Source: a virus | Lineage: Duplodnaviria; Caudoviricetes | Strand: one strand, 5' to 3' | Length of the DNA stretch: 41,308 nucleotides | IMG/VR virus record: IMGVR_UViG_3300014658_000007 | Span: 1 to 41,308 of that record | Shown here: positions 23,739 through 31,898 of the stretch, one piece after another | Position numbering within the stretch: position 1 is the first letter of the stretch | Layout of the letters: the number at the start of each line of letters is the position of its first letter | Notes under the pieces: model-generated | Databases searched by the model: none | What the model was told of the DNA's origin: nothing | Seen by the model: the letters and a program-made list of their open reading frames with translations, nothing else | Program-made: the position numbers and the translations under genes

Positions 23739-25433
23739 ATGCCCGTGTACCGGCTTGACCTGAGCAGCGGCGAGGTGCGCGAGCGCAAGCGCACACCCCA
23801 GGGCGGCCTCGTGGCGGATGCCAGCCTCACACGCACCGGCGTCTTCCCCTACCGCAACGAGGATGGCTCGCAGCGGATGGAGCTGCGCCACCCTGACGAG
23901 GTCTTCCACCCGGACAGCCTCGCCACATACCCGCTGGCGCCGGTGACCGTCGACCACCCTGGGCGGGTGGGCCCGGACAACTGGCGTGACCACGCGGTGG
24001 GCACGGTGGGCAAGGACGTGCGGCGGGACGGCAGCTACGTGCACGGCGAGCTGCACCTGCAGGATGGCAAGACCATTGAGCGCGCGCTCAAGGGGGCCGA
24101 GGAGCCCGGGGCGCTGCGCGAGATCAGCTGCGGCTACCACTGCGACCTCGACCCCACGCCGGGGGACTACCAGGGGCAGCACTACGATGCGGTGCAGCGC
24201 AACATCCGCATCAACCACGTCGCCGTCGGGCCGCCGGGCTGGGGCCGCATGGGCGCCGGCGCGCGCATGCACCTCGACAGCGGCGCGGCGGTGAGCGGCG
24301 AGCCCGTTACGGCGAAGGAGTACGCGAGCCTCGCCGCGGCTGCGGAAGAGGACAGCAAGGCGGCCACCGAGGCGAGCAACGATGCGGCGCGCGCACGCAC
24401 CACCGCCGTCGAGCAGGGCGCGCACGGCAAGCCAGGCTCGCTCACGGCCGAGGAGGGCTTCCACCGCAGCCAAGTGCACGAGCGCACGGCGGGCGAGCAC
24501 CACGCACGGGCCGTGCGCCGCCACGTGCTCGCGGCTGCCGCCGCAGATGGTGCGGGGGACGACGGATCGACGCGGCACCACAAGCGCTTTGCGGCCATGC
24601 ACGCGCACCAGGTCCTGCAGCACGCCAAGAACGCGAACGGCGCGTGGGACCACAAGGCGCACCCGCTGGCGGATTACGAGGCACTGGCCAAGGACGGCAT
24701 GGCTGCAGACCACGCCGAAAAGGGCGCCGCGGCGGGCACCTATGTTCGCCCCGTACCGGTAACGGCCACCACCGAGGCTCACACCATGACTGAGGAAGAG
24801 CGCAAGGCACTCGAGAAGCTGCAGGCAGACCTCGCCGAGCAGCGGGCACGGGCCGACAAGCTCGAGGCCAAGCAGCGCGAGGACGCGGGCGAGCTCACCA
24901 AGCTGCGCGCCGAGAACGACATGCTCAAACTGCAGAGCGAGAGCGCCAAGCAGGACAGCGTGAGCGCCGAGGAGCGCGCCAAGAGCGACCGCAAGTTCCG
25001 CGACGCCGTCCGCGAAACGGTGGCGCTGCACGCGGACGCCCGCATGGTGTTCGCCACGGCCGACGACCCCGCTGGCGCCAAGTGGGAGCCGGGCGACAAG
25101 GGCGCGGACCATATCCGGCGCGACATCGTCAAGCACCTCGAGCCGCGCGCCACGCTCGTGTACGACGGCAAGGACCTCGAGGGGCCGGCGCTGCTGCCTG
25201 TCTACCAGCTGGCCATCGGCCGCAAGCGCGAGCTCGACAAGCAGCAGGCCGAGGCCCAGGCGGCCAGCCATGCGGCCGAGCAGCACGAGGACGGCGCCGG
25301 CATGGGCGGCGAGGGCGACGATGACGGTGACGCGCCTGGCTCGGCCGACAAGGCCCGCAAGGACATGGTCAACCGCAAGCGCGACGCCTGGAAGAAGAAC
25401 AAGAAGGACGCCAAGCGAGGCAAGGCGGCCTAA
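23739..25433 (+). CDS. DUF2213 prohead protease/scaffold fusion
   Basis: TPQGGL...TRTGVFPY, PVTVDHP, EISCGY, QRNIRINHVAV..GR.G..ARMHLD; coiled-coil C-terminal half. Confidence 0.88.
   Translation: MPVYRLDLSSGEVRERKRTPQGGLVADASLTRTGVFPYRNEDGSQRMELRHPDEVFHPDSLATYPLAPVTVDHPGRVGPDNWRDHAVGTVGKDVRRDGSYVHGELHLQDGKTIERALKGAEEPGALREISCGYHCDLDPTPGDYQGQHYDAVQRNIRINHVAVGPPGWGRMGAGARMHLDSGAAVSGEPVTAKEYASLAAAAEEDSKAATEASNDAARARTTAVEQGAHGKPGSLTAEEGFHRSQVHERTAGEHHARAVRRHVLAAAAADGAGDDGSTRHHKRFAAMHAHQVLQHAKNANGAWDHKAHPLADYEALAKDGMAADHAEKGAAAGTYVRPVPVTATTEAHTMTEEERKALEKLQADLAEQRARADKLEAKQREDAGELTKLRAENDMLKLQSESAKQDSVSAEERAKSDRKFRDAVRETVALHADARMVFATADDPAGAKWEPGDKGADHIRRDIVKHLEPRATLVYDGKDLEGPALLPVYQLAIGRKRELDKQQAEAQAASHAAEQHEDGAGMGGEGDDDGDAPGSADKARKDMVNRKRDAWKKNKKDAKRGKAA
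24786..25433 (+). CDS. Possible nested in-frame scaffolding protein
   Basis: CTATGTTCGCCC motif at 24740, GAGG, then ATG 24786 (MTEEERKALEKLQADL...) at the start of the coiled coil. Confidence 0.45.
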   Translation: MTEEERKALEKLQADLAEQRARADKLEAKQREDAGELTKLRAENDMLKLQSESAKQDSVSAEERAKSDRKFRDAVRETVALHADARMVFATADDPAGAKWEPGDKGADHIRRDIVKHLEPRATLVYDGKDLEGPALLPVYQLAIGRKRELDKQQAEAQAASHAAEQHEDGAGMGGEGDDDGDAPGSADKARKDMVNRKRDAWKKNKKDAKRGKAA

Positions 25434-25484
25434 GGCCGCGCGCCACACCACGCCGCACGAGGACCACCGGAGACCCGCACGACA

Positions 25485-26063
25485 ATGCCCCAGCTCAGCT
25501 ACAGCCAGAACGCCATCGTCGCTCAGCCCGGCATGGCGTTCGACCTCGAGACGTCCAACCGGGACGTGGTGAGCCGCGTTGCCGCGGTGAACATCCCGTT
25601 CGGCGTCTACTGCGAGCTCACCGCGGGCGGACTCGCGCAGCCCATGCAGGACGCCACGACGGGCGCGAGCTTCTCGCCCAAGTCGCTCGGCATCAGCATG
25701 TTCGACCCGCTCGGCGTCGAGCAGCAGTACAGCACCTTCGCCGTGCCCGCGAGCACCAGCGGCTCGAGCAACCTCGGGTGGCTCAAGGGCATGCTCGTGC
25801 CCTTCATGCGCCGTGGCCGCATCTGGGTGTCCGGGGACGCGAGTGGCAGCGCGAGCATCTACGGCAGCATCAACGTGCACCACTCGAGCACGGGCGCCAA
25901 CGCGCAGGGCGTCTTCACGCTGCTGCCGGTGCAGACCACGGCGGGCAACGAGATCGATGTGGCCCCCAGCTGCACGCTCTGGAACCCGGACTCGCTCGCC
26001 ACCTCGAGCACCGACCCCTTCGGCAACACCTTCCAGGTGTACCCGGTCGAAATCAATCTGTAA
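25485..26063 (+). CDS. Capsid decoration/cement protein
   Basis: Lies between DUF2213 and the MCP; A.PGM, IPFG and MRRGRIWV motifs. Confidence 0.75.
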   Translation: MPQLSYSQNAIVAQPGMAFDLETSNRDVVSRVAAVNIPFGVYCELTAGGLAQPMQDATTGASFSPKSLGISMFDPLGVEQQYSTFAVPASTSGSSNLGWLKGMLVPFMRRGRIWVSGDASGSASIYGSINVHHSSTGANAQGVFTLLPVQTTAGNEIDVAPSCTLWNPDSLATSSTDPFGNTFQVYPVEINL

Positions 26064-26114
26064 GGCGCCACCGCGGCGGCCACGCCTCACCCCTCACGGA
26101 GAGAACACAAGCTC

Positions 26115-27245
26115 ATGGGTACTCAGGTCCAGGTTTACCGCGGCGGCGAGGGCGGCGTGAACCCTATGGCGCGCGCCGCGCGGCTCGACAGCAAGGCGGA
26201 CTTCGAGCGCTTCGCGCGCACGCAGCTCATGATGCGGGGCTTCAAGGAGGACGCGGGCCTCACCGCAGCCTTCGCGAGGCAGCTCGAGCACATCATCGCC
26301 AAGGTCTACGCGGCCGAGTTCGCGCAATACCGGGCGATGGAGTTCTTCCCCGTCAACACCGAGCTGGGGCCAGGCGACCTGAGCTTCACCTACCGGATGA
26401 TTGAGCGCATCGGCAACGCCAACGTAATCAACGCCGGCAACGCCAAGGACCTGCCAAACATCGACATCGGTGCCGAGGAGTGGCAGGCGCCCATCATCAC
26501 CCTGGGCGCGAGCTACAACTTCACCGTCATCGACCAGGCGAGCGCCGCGAAGGCGCAGATTGCCATCGAGGCCGAGAAGGCTAAGGCCACCCGCGAGGCC
26601 ATCGAGGCGCTCGAGGAGCAGATTTGGTGCACCGGCTACGCCAACACGGGTGTGAGCGGCGTCACCAACGCCCCCGGCGTGGCGCAGGTCACGCAGACGA
26701 GCATCGCCAATGGCAACTGGGCGACGCAGATTGCCGCGGCGCTTGCCACGAGCCCCACCACGAGCCTGCCGTACCCCGCGGTCGGTGCTGTTGCCGCCAT
26801 CGCCTCGGACATCATCGCCTGCAAGCAGCAAATCTTCAGCAAGACCCTCGGCCGGCACAACGCCACCAACTGCCTGCTGCCGCCCAACCTATACTCGATG
26901 CTCGACACGGCCCCGCAGAGCCCCGCCTTCACGAGCAAGACCATGCTCACGATGCTCGAGGAGCTCACGGGCCTGGAGTTCGACTACTGGCCCATCCTGC
27001 TCAACGTCGGCAGCATCAGCACCGGCTCGGGCAACAGCATCGCCACCGCGGCGAGCTCGCACTTCAACACGCGCGTCTGCGTGTACGAGAAAAACCCGGA
27101 CGTGATGCAGCTGATGGTCGCGCAGCCGTTCGTGCAGCTGGCCCCGCAATCCGTCGGATTGGTTTGGGAAGTGCCAACCTATTCCCGCGTAGGGGGGGCC
27201 ATGAGCGTGCGGCCCCTCGGATTCGTATTTATGGACGGAGTCTAG
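26115..27245 (+). CDS. Major capsid protein (DUF2184 / HK97 fold)
   Basis: FARQLEHI...VY, DLPNID, G.TNAPGV, LLPP..Y, GGAMSVRP; position after the decoration gene. Confidence 0.88.
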   Translation: MGTQVQVYRGGEGGVNPMARAARLDSKADFERFARTQLMMRGFKEDAGLTAAFARQLEHIIAKVYAAEFAQYRAMEFFPVNTELGPGDLSFTYRMIERIGNANVINAGNAKDLPNIDIGAEEWQAPIITLGASYNFTVIDQASAAKAQIAIEAEKAKATREAIEALEEQIWCTGYANTGVSGVTNAPGVAQVTQTSIANGNWATQIAAALATSPTTSLPYPAVGAVAAIASDIIACKQQIFSKTLGRHNATNCLLPPNLYSMLDTAPQSPAFTSKTMLTMLEELTGLEFDYWPILLNVGSISTGSGNSIATAASSHFNTRVCVYEKNPDVMQLMVAQPFVQLAPQSVGLVWEVPTYSRVGGAMSVRPLGFVFMDGV

Positions 27246-27436
27246 CCGGCCGCAGGCGGCGACTCGAGGTACACGAGCAAGCCACGCAAGCGCTGGGCGC
27301 TGTCCTTGAGCGCGCCTAGCCCAATGCTGCAGGCTGCGCACAAGTAGCCGCGCACGCACAGTTCGGGGGCATGCTCTGGTACGGGCCCGTTGGTGTTGAC
27401 GTGCTTGGCGAAACGTTCTGCTAGGCTTGTTCTCAT
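27242..27436 (-). pseudogene. Internally deleted homing-endonuclease remnant (HNH-type N-terminus joined to an endonuclease-VII-type C-terminus)
   Basis: ERFAKHVNTNGPVPEHAPEL joined directly to VRGYLCAACSIGLGALKDSAQRL..LLVYLE; strong AGGAGGTG RBS; only 64 aa. Confidence 0.65.
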
Positions 27437-27510
27437 CGGCGTCACCTCCTGTTGGCGCTGGTCCGGGCCCCGGGTGTTTGCGCACCGCGGGGCCTCTCTT
27501 ATTGTAGCGC
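27437..27510 (-). promoter_or_regulatory. Promoter, leader hairpin and RBS of the endonuclease remnant
   Basis: TACAAT (27506-27501); inverted repeat GGCCCCG-GGTG/CACC-g-CGGGGCC at 27466-27494; AGGAGGTG. Confidence 0.55.
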
Positions 27511-27558
27511 TGCGGCGCCGGCGCCGGTATGGCCAAACGGCCGTGCTAAGTTCGCCAC

Positions 27559-27966
27559 ATGGCCCAAGACCCCGCACCCACCCCCACCCTCGGCGGTGGC
27601 GCCACGCTCGCCAAGCCCACCAAGGCCAGCGTGGCCCAGCCAAGCAACATGCCCAAAAACTGCGCGCGGCTGCTCGCCGAGCTGCAGGGCCTCGCCGCCG
27701 AGCCGCTGCCTGAGCGCGCAGCCGCGCTCTACGTGGGCCACCTCATCGCAACGCTCGGCAAGGCCAAGGTGGAGGCCCTCAAGGCCGGCGAGGTGAGCGA
27801 GCTGCTCAAGAGCTTCCGGGCCCGCGCGAGCCTCGCCGGCCAGGCGCTACGCGTGGCGGACGCCGTGCGCTTCTCGCGCCAGCTCCAGAGCTTCGGCGAG
27901 CCACGGGCGGACGCGCAGGAGTACCTGCGGCTGCTGCACGAGGTGCTGCAGGCGGCCAAGGTTTAG
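27559..27966 (+). CDS. Hypothetical helical protein following the MCP
   Basis: ATG 6 nt after TAAGTT (CTAAGTTCG motif at 27546). Confidence 0.65.
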   Translation: MAQDPAPTPTLGGGATLAKPTKASVAQPSNMPKNCARLLAELQGLAAEPLPERAAALYVGHLIATLGKAKVEALKAGEVSELLKSFRARASLAGQALRVADAVRFSRQLQSFGEPRADAQEYLRLLHEVLQAAKV

Positions 27967-27994
27967 CCCATAGGGCTACCTTCGAGGCTGCCCC

Positions 27995-28576
27995 GTGCAG
28001 CCGTCGACCTTCGTCCAGCTCTTCCCAGAGTTCGCAGAGACGAACGCCATCCTTGTGGCCGGCAAGCTCACGCTTGCGGCCACGCGCATGGGCGGGCCGG
28101 ACGCCACCGTGTGGGGCCCGTTTGCGCAGCCCGGGCAGGCCCCAACAACGGCCGACCTGGCGCAGGCCAACCTCGCAGCGCACTTGCTCATGACGTCGCC
28201 CATGGGCACCAGCACGCTGCTGGCGGCCAACACCGGCGGCAAGGTGAGCACGGCGTACTTCGAGGAGTTCGAGCGCCTCGAGCTCGCCATGTGCAGCGGC
28301 GCCGTGGTGGCCGGCGGCGCCACGCCGGGCACGCTCGGGCCGCCCAACCCGGGCATCAACTTCCAGGTGCAGTTCTCGACCGTGGCGCTGGTCAACGGCA
28401 GCAACGCCGTGAACTTCTCCACGTCGCAAATCATCCCCGCAGGCACCGTGCTGGTCTTCGCGGCGCAGCCTGGGGCTTACTACACGGTCGCCAACAACGT
28501 GAACGGCACCACGGGGCAGCTCATGAGCGCGTACACGGGCGTGAGCAACACCGCGAGCGGCTGGAGCGCCTCATGA
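27995..28576 (+). CDS. Head-tail adaptor (DUF4054-like) with an extra C-terminal beta domain
   Basis: FVQLFPEF...W...LAAHLL...STAY.EEF; CTACCTTCG motif at 27976. Confidence 0.75.
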   Translation: MQPSTFVQLFPEFAETNAILVAGKLTLAATRMGGPDATVWGPFAQPGQAPTTADLAQANLAAHLLMTSPMGTSTLLAANTGGKVSTAYFEEFERLELAMCSGAVVAGGATPGTLGPPNPGINFQVQFSTVALVNGSNAVNFSTSQIIPAGTVLVFAAQPGAYYTVANNVNGTTGQLMSAYTGVSNTASGWSAS

Positions 28577-29034
28577 GCTTTGAGCTGAAGGACACCGACC
28601 ACGGGTACCGGGCCCGCATGAAGGCGCTGCTCAAGCTGCGCGAGCCCGCGCATGTCGACGTGGGGCTCTTCGAGAGCGCCGGCACGCACGACCGCAGCGG
28701 GGCGAGCATCGTGGAGGTGGGCTCGTACAACGAGTTTGGTACCGACACCATCCCCTCGCGGTCCTTCATCCGGGCATGGTTCGACGAGGCCGAGGCCGGG
28801 CTGCGGCGTGACTTCACCACGCTCATGCGCAGCGTGGCCGAGGGCAAGCGCACGCGCGCGCAAGTGCTCGAGCTCATGGGCCAGCGCATGGTGGGCCAAG
28901 TGCAAGCGCGCATCAGCGCCGGCATTGACCCGCCCAATGAGCCGGCCACCGTGGCCGCCAAGGGCTCAAGCACGCCACTCATCGACACCGGGGTACTCAG
29001 GGCGGCAATCACCTACCGCGTAGGGGGCGAGTAA
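28573..29034 (+). CDS. Neck / tail-completion protein
   Basis: NEFGTDTIPSRSFIR, PPNEPATVAAKGSSTPLIDTGVLRAAITY; ATG 28573 overlapping the upstream stop. Confidence 0.8.
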   Translation: MSFELKDTDHGYRARMKALLKLREPAHVDVGLFESAGTHDRSGASIVEVGSYNEFGTDTIPSRSFIRAWFDEAEAGLRRDFTTLMRSVAEGKRTRAQVLELMGQRMVGQVQARISAGIDPPNEPATVAAKGSSTPLIDTGVLRAAITYRVGGE

Positions 29035-31670
29035 TGGCGGGTACGCCTGGGCCGGCAGTGGCGCGAGGTGCCACGGGCGAGCAGCTGGCCATTGGCCCTC
29101 AGGGGCCCATTGGGCCGCAGGGCGTATCTGGCCCGGCGGGCGCTGCAGGCCCCGCGGGGCCGCCTGGTACCGGCGTGGCCGGGCAGGTCACCAACACCCT
29201 GGTAAACGGCACCAATTCGAACATCGCTACCCAGGGGCTGGCCACGCTGCGGCTCGGTGGGCCCACTGGGGCCTTCTCGGTAGGTGGCTTTACATGGCCC
29301 ATGGCGGGCGTCGTCCCCGCCGGCTTCTTGCTCGTGGTGGCCAACACCACCACGCAGCCCATGAGCATCCTGCACGAGGACATGGGCAGCACCGCGGGCT
29401 ACCGCATCGACACCCAGAGCAACGGTGCGCCGGTGGTGTTGCAGCCGGGCAAGCTCGGCACCGCAACGTTCATGTACGACGGCACCGCGCTGCGGTGGCG
29501 ACTGCACTCCATCGGCGCCACTCGGCCCATCGTACTCGACGGGCGCGACTACAACATGGGACCGTCTGTCGCCGACAATACGACGACGTTTGCGGACCTG
29601 TTCACGGCGGCGATTCAAGCGAGCCAGGGTGTCGTCCTGCCGCCGCAGACGGTGCCCGTGGGCACGTCCACGGACTTCCCAAGCGTGCGCGTCTTCGGAA
29701 CTCCCGGGACCATACTCAACAGCAGCATCGGTGCCGGATTCACCGACTTCGGGGTGCTTGAGCACCTGCCCGACACCATATTCACGGGCGCGCTCGCGGC
29801 CGACGTGACCGTCGGCGTCAACCCGACGTTGAGCGGTGTCACGCAATCGGGATCGGGACCTGCCGTGACGCTTACGGGAGTCCCAGACGTTCCCGCGTCG
29901 TGGGTCGTCAAGATCACGACGGGAGGCGCACTCGCGACGTCGTTCTTTGCGCTGTCTTCCGACGGCGGCACGACCTACGGGACGCCCGTCGCGACGCCGA
30001 GCTCCGGCCGGTACCTCATCCCCGGCACCAGCATCGAGATCCTGTTTGCGTCGGGCACCTACGTCCTAAACACCACGTATTCGTGGACAGCCACGACGCA
30101 GACCGTCCTGCTGAACTGGGAGCCAACCGTTGGCAATACGCTCGGAATCACGCGAGCCGACACGAATCAGTTTTACATCGTCAAGTCGGTCGTTTCCGCG
30201 GGCGGTGGCAATTACACCGTCGCGGTCGATAGGCCGTTTTTCATCAAATGGCAAAACGGCGATTCAGCGACGGAGATGGTGCCTTCGGAGGCTCCCGTCT
30301 TCAACGGACTCGACGGCAGCGGCATGAAGATCACCGGCACGGGCAGCCACGCGCTGCTCATGTCGGGGGTCTGGAACGCGACGTTTCGCGATATTCATGT
30401 CGTTACCACCAATGGGATATTCTCGGTCGCCGGCATCGGCTTCGACGGATGCATGGGCATCTCGCTCGAGCGCTGCACGACCGACATGAACGGGTCAGGC
30501 AACGCGACCGGACAGTACCTCGAAGGATGTGAACGCAGCACCATCAGCGGCGGCATTGCCCGCGCTGGCTTCTATGGCTTCGAATGCTCGGACTCCTTCG
30601 AATCCGGCACCGAAAGCTGCACGGCCTACAACGGAGTCACGGGCTTCAACTTCATCACGCTGAACGCGGCCGGGGTCAATTACGGCGGAATCGATTGCCA
30701 CTCGACCAACGATGCAGCCATCGGCAGCTCGCTCGGCATGCTCGTGCAGGGCCAGACAGGGCTAACGGTCACCGCCTTCAAGGCCAATTACTGCGATGCG
30801 CAAGGCATCCTCGTCCAGGCCGGACCTGGCGGAGTGCCCACCCTTCGAAACAAGTTCATTGGATGCGATACGACGTACTGCACACGCGGAGTGTGGATTC
30901 AGACGGGCTGCGTCGATACCAGCTTTACGCGGCTCGATGTCACCGGCTGCGGACCCGATGCGGGCGTCTGGGCGGACACGAGCTGCAGCATCAGCGGGCT
31001 CAACGCGGACACCATCACGGCGGGCTACTGCATCAACGCGACGGCTGGCAAGCACACGTACAACGATCTGCACATCGTCTACGGCGCGGCCACCAGCATC
31101 GTCGCTGTTGCGCTCGGCGGAACTCTACACCGCGTCAATCGCGCATACATCGATATCAGCGGCACCACGAGCAGCGTCGGCATTCTATGCGCGGGGGGTA
31201 CGACCTACCTCGATGGCATTACGGTCACCGGCGGAGGCACGACGGGTGTCGGGCTTCAGATCCTCAGCGGGGCCACCGTCATCCTTGGTCCGAACTGCGA
31301 TTTCAGCCAGTGCCAATACCCGATACAGCTGCTTTCGGGCGGCGTTCTCATCACGAACGGTTCTCAAGGCGGCCTGCTGCCGGTGTCATGCACCGGTGGA
31401 GGCAACATCCAGCTCACGATTCCTGATGCGTTTTACGGAATCATCGAGGCCACTGGGGTCCTGCCAAGCGATACCAACATCATCATCCCCATCATGACGA
31501 ACGAGCCGCTGCCAGGGCTCGAGTACTCCATGGCCAACAAGACCAGCGGAGCGCACAATCTCACGTTCTCAGGCCAGGGAGCGTCAGGCTTCATCATCGC
31601 ATCGGGCAAGAGGGCTCAAGGCTACATCGATGCCAGCGGCAATATGCAGCGTCTGTCGCCGGACACCTGA
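29034..31670 (+). CDS. Fibre/spike protein with a short collagen segment and a parallel beta-helix-like body
   Basis: Eight G-X-Y triplets at 29094-29168; repetitive G-I-x-[ILV] beta-strand pattern in the central region; 878 aa. Confidence 0.7.
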   Translation: MAGTPGPAVARGATGEQLAIGPQGPIGPQGVSGPAGAAGPAGPPGTGVAGQVTNTLVNGTNSNIATQGLATLRLGGPTGAFSVGGFTWPMAGVVPAGFLLVVANTTTQPMSILHEDMGSTAGYRIDTQSNGAPVVLQPGKLGTATFMYDGTALRWRLHSIGATRPIVLDGRDYNMGPSVADNTTTFADLFTAAIQASQGVVLPPQTVPVGTSTDFPSVRVFGTPGTILNSSIGAGFTDFGVLEHLPDTIFTGALAADVTVGVNPTLSGVTQSGSGPAVTLTGVPDVPASWVVKITTGGALATSFFALSSDGGTTYGTPVATPSSGRYLIPGTSIEILFASGTYVLNTTYSWTATTQTVLLNWEPTVGNTLGITRADTNQFYIVKSVVSAGGGNYTVAVDRPFFIKWQNGDSATEMVPSEAPVFNGLDGSGMKITGTGSHALLMSGVWNATFRDIHVVTTNGIFSVAGIGFDGCMGISLERCTTDMNGSGNATGQYLEGCERSTISGGIARAGFYGFECSDSFESGTESCTAYNGVTGFNFITLNAAGVNYGGIDCHSTNDAAIGSSLGMLVQGQTGLTVTAFKANYCDAQGILVQAGPGGVPTLRNKFIGCDTTYCTRGVWIQTGCVDTSFTRLDVTGCGPDAGVWADTSCSISGLNADTITAGYCINATAGKHTYNDLHIVYGAATSIVAVALGGTLHRVNRAYIDISGTTSSVGILCAGGTTYLDGITVTGGGTTGVGLQILSGATVILGPNCDFSQCQYPIQLLSGGVLITNGSQGGLLPVSCTGGGNIQLTIPDAFYGIIEATGVLPSDTNIIIPIMTNEPLPGLEYSMANKTSGAHNLTFSGQGASGFIIASGKRAQGYIDASGNMQRLSPDT

Positions 31671-31682
31671 GGGGACATAAAC

Positions 31683-31898
31683 ATGCGGAAGCGAGGCTCC
31701 AGAGGCATCAGGCCGACGAATCAAGTCGCTCGCGCGGTCGACAACGGCCAGAGTCGCAAGCGCGATTGCGCACCTTGCCCGGTGTGCGGCACGAAGCTTT
31801 CCGAGCGATTCATGGGCAGCGCGGGCTGGATTGCGCAAGAGTCCGATACGGGACTCGTGCACGCCAAAACGCAATGCAGTTCGAAGAGGCGCCAATGA
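31683..31898 (+). CDS. Small basic zinc-finger-like protein
   Basis: GAGGGG RBS; CPVC...H...C; ATGA-coupled to the next gene. Confidence 0.5.
   Translation: MRKRGSRGIRPTNQVARAVDNGQSRKRDCAPCPVCGTKLSERFMGSAGWIAQESDTGLVHAKTQCSSKRRQ

Noticed and set aside
23634-26090. 818-aa - strand ORF opposite the protease and decoration genes
   Set aside because: In-register shadow ORF with no recognisable motifs or expression signals
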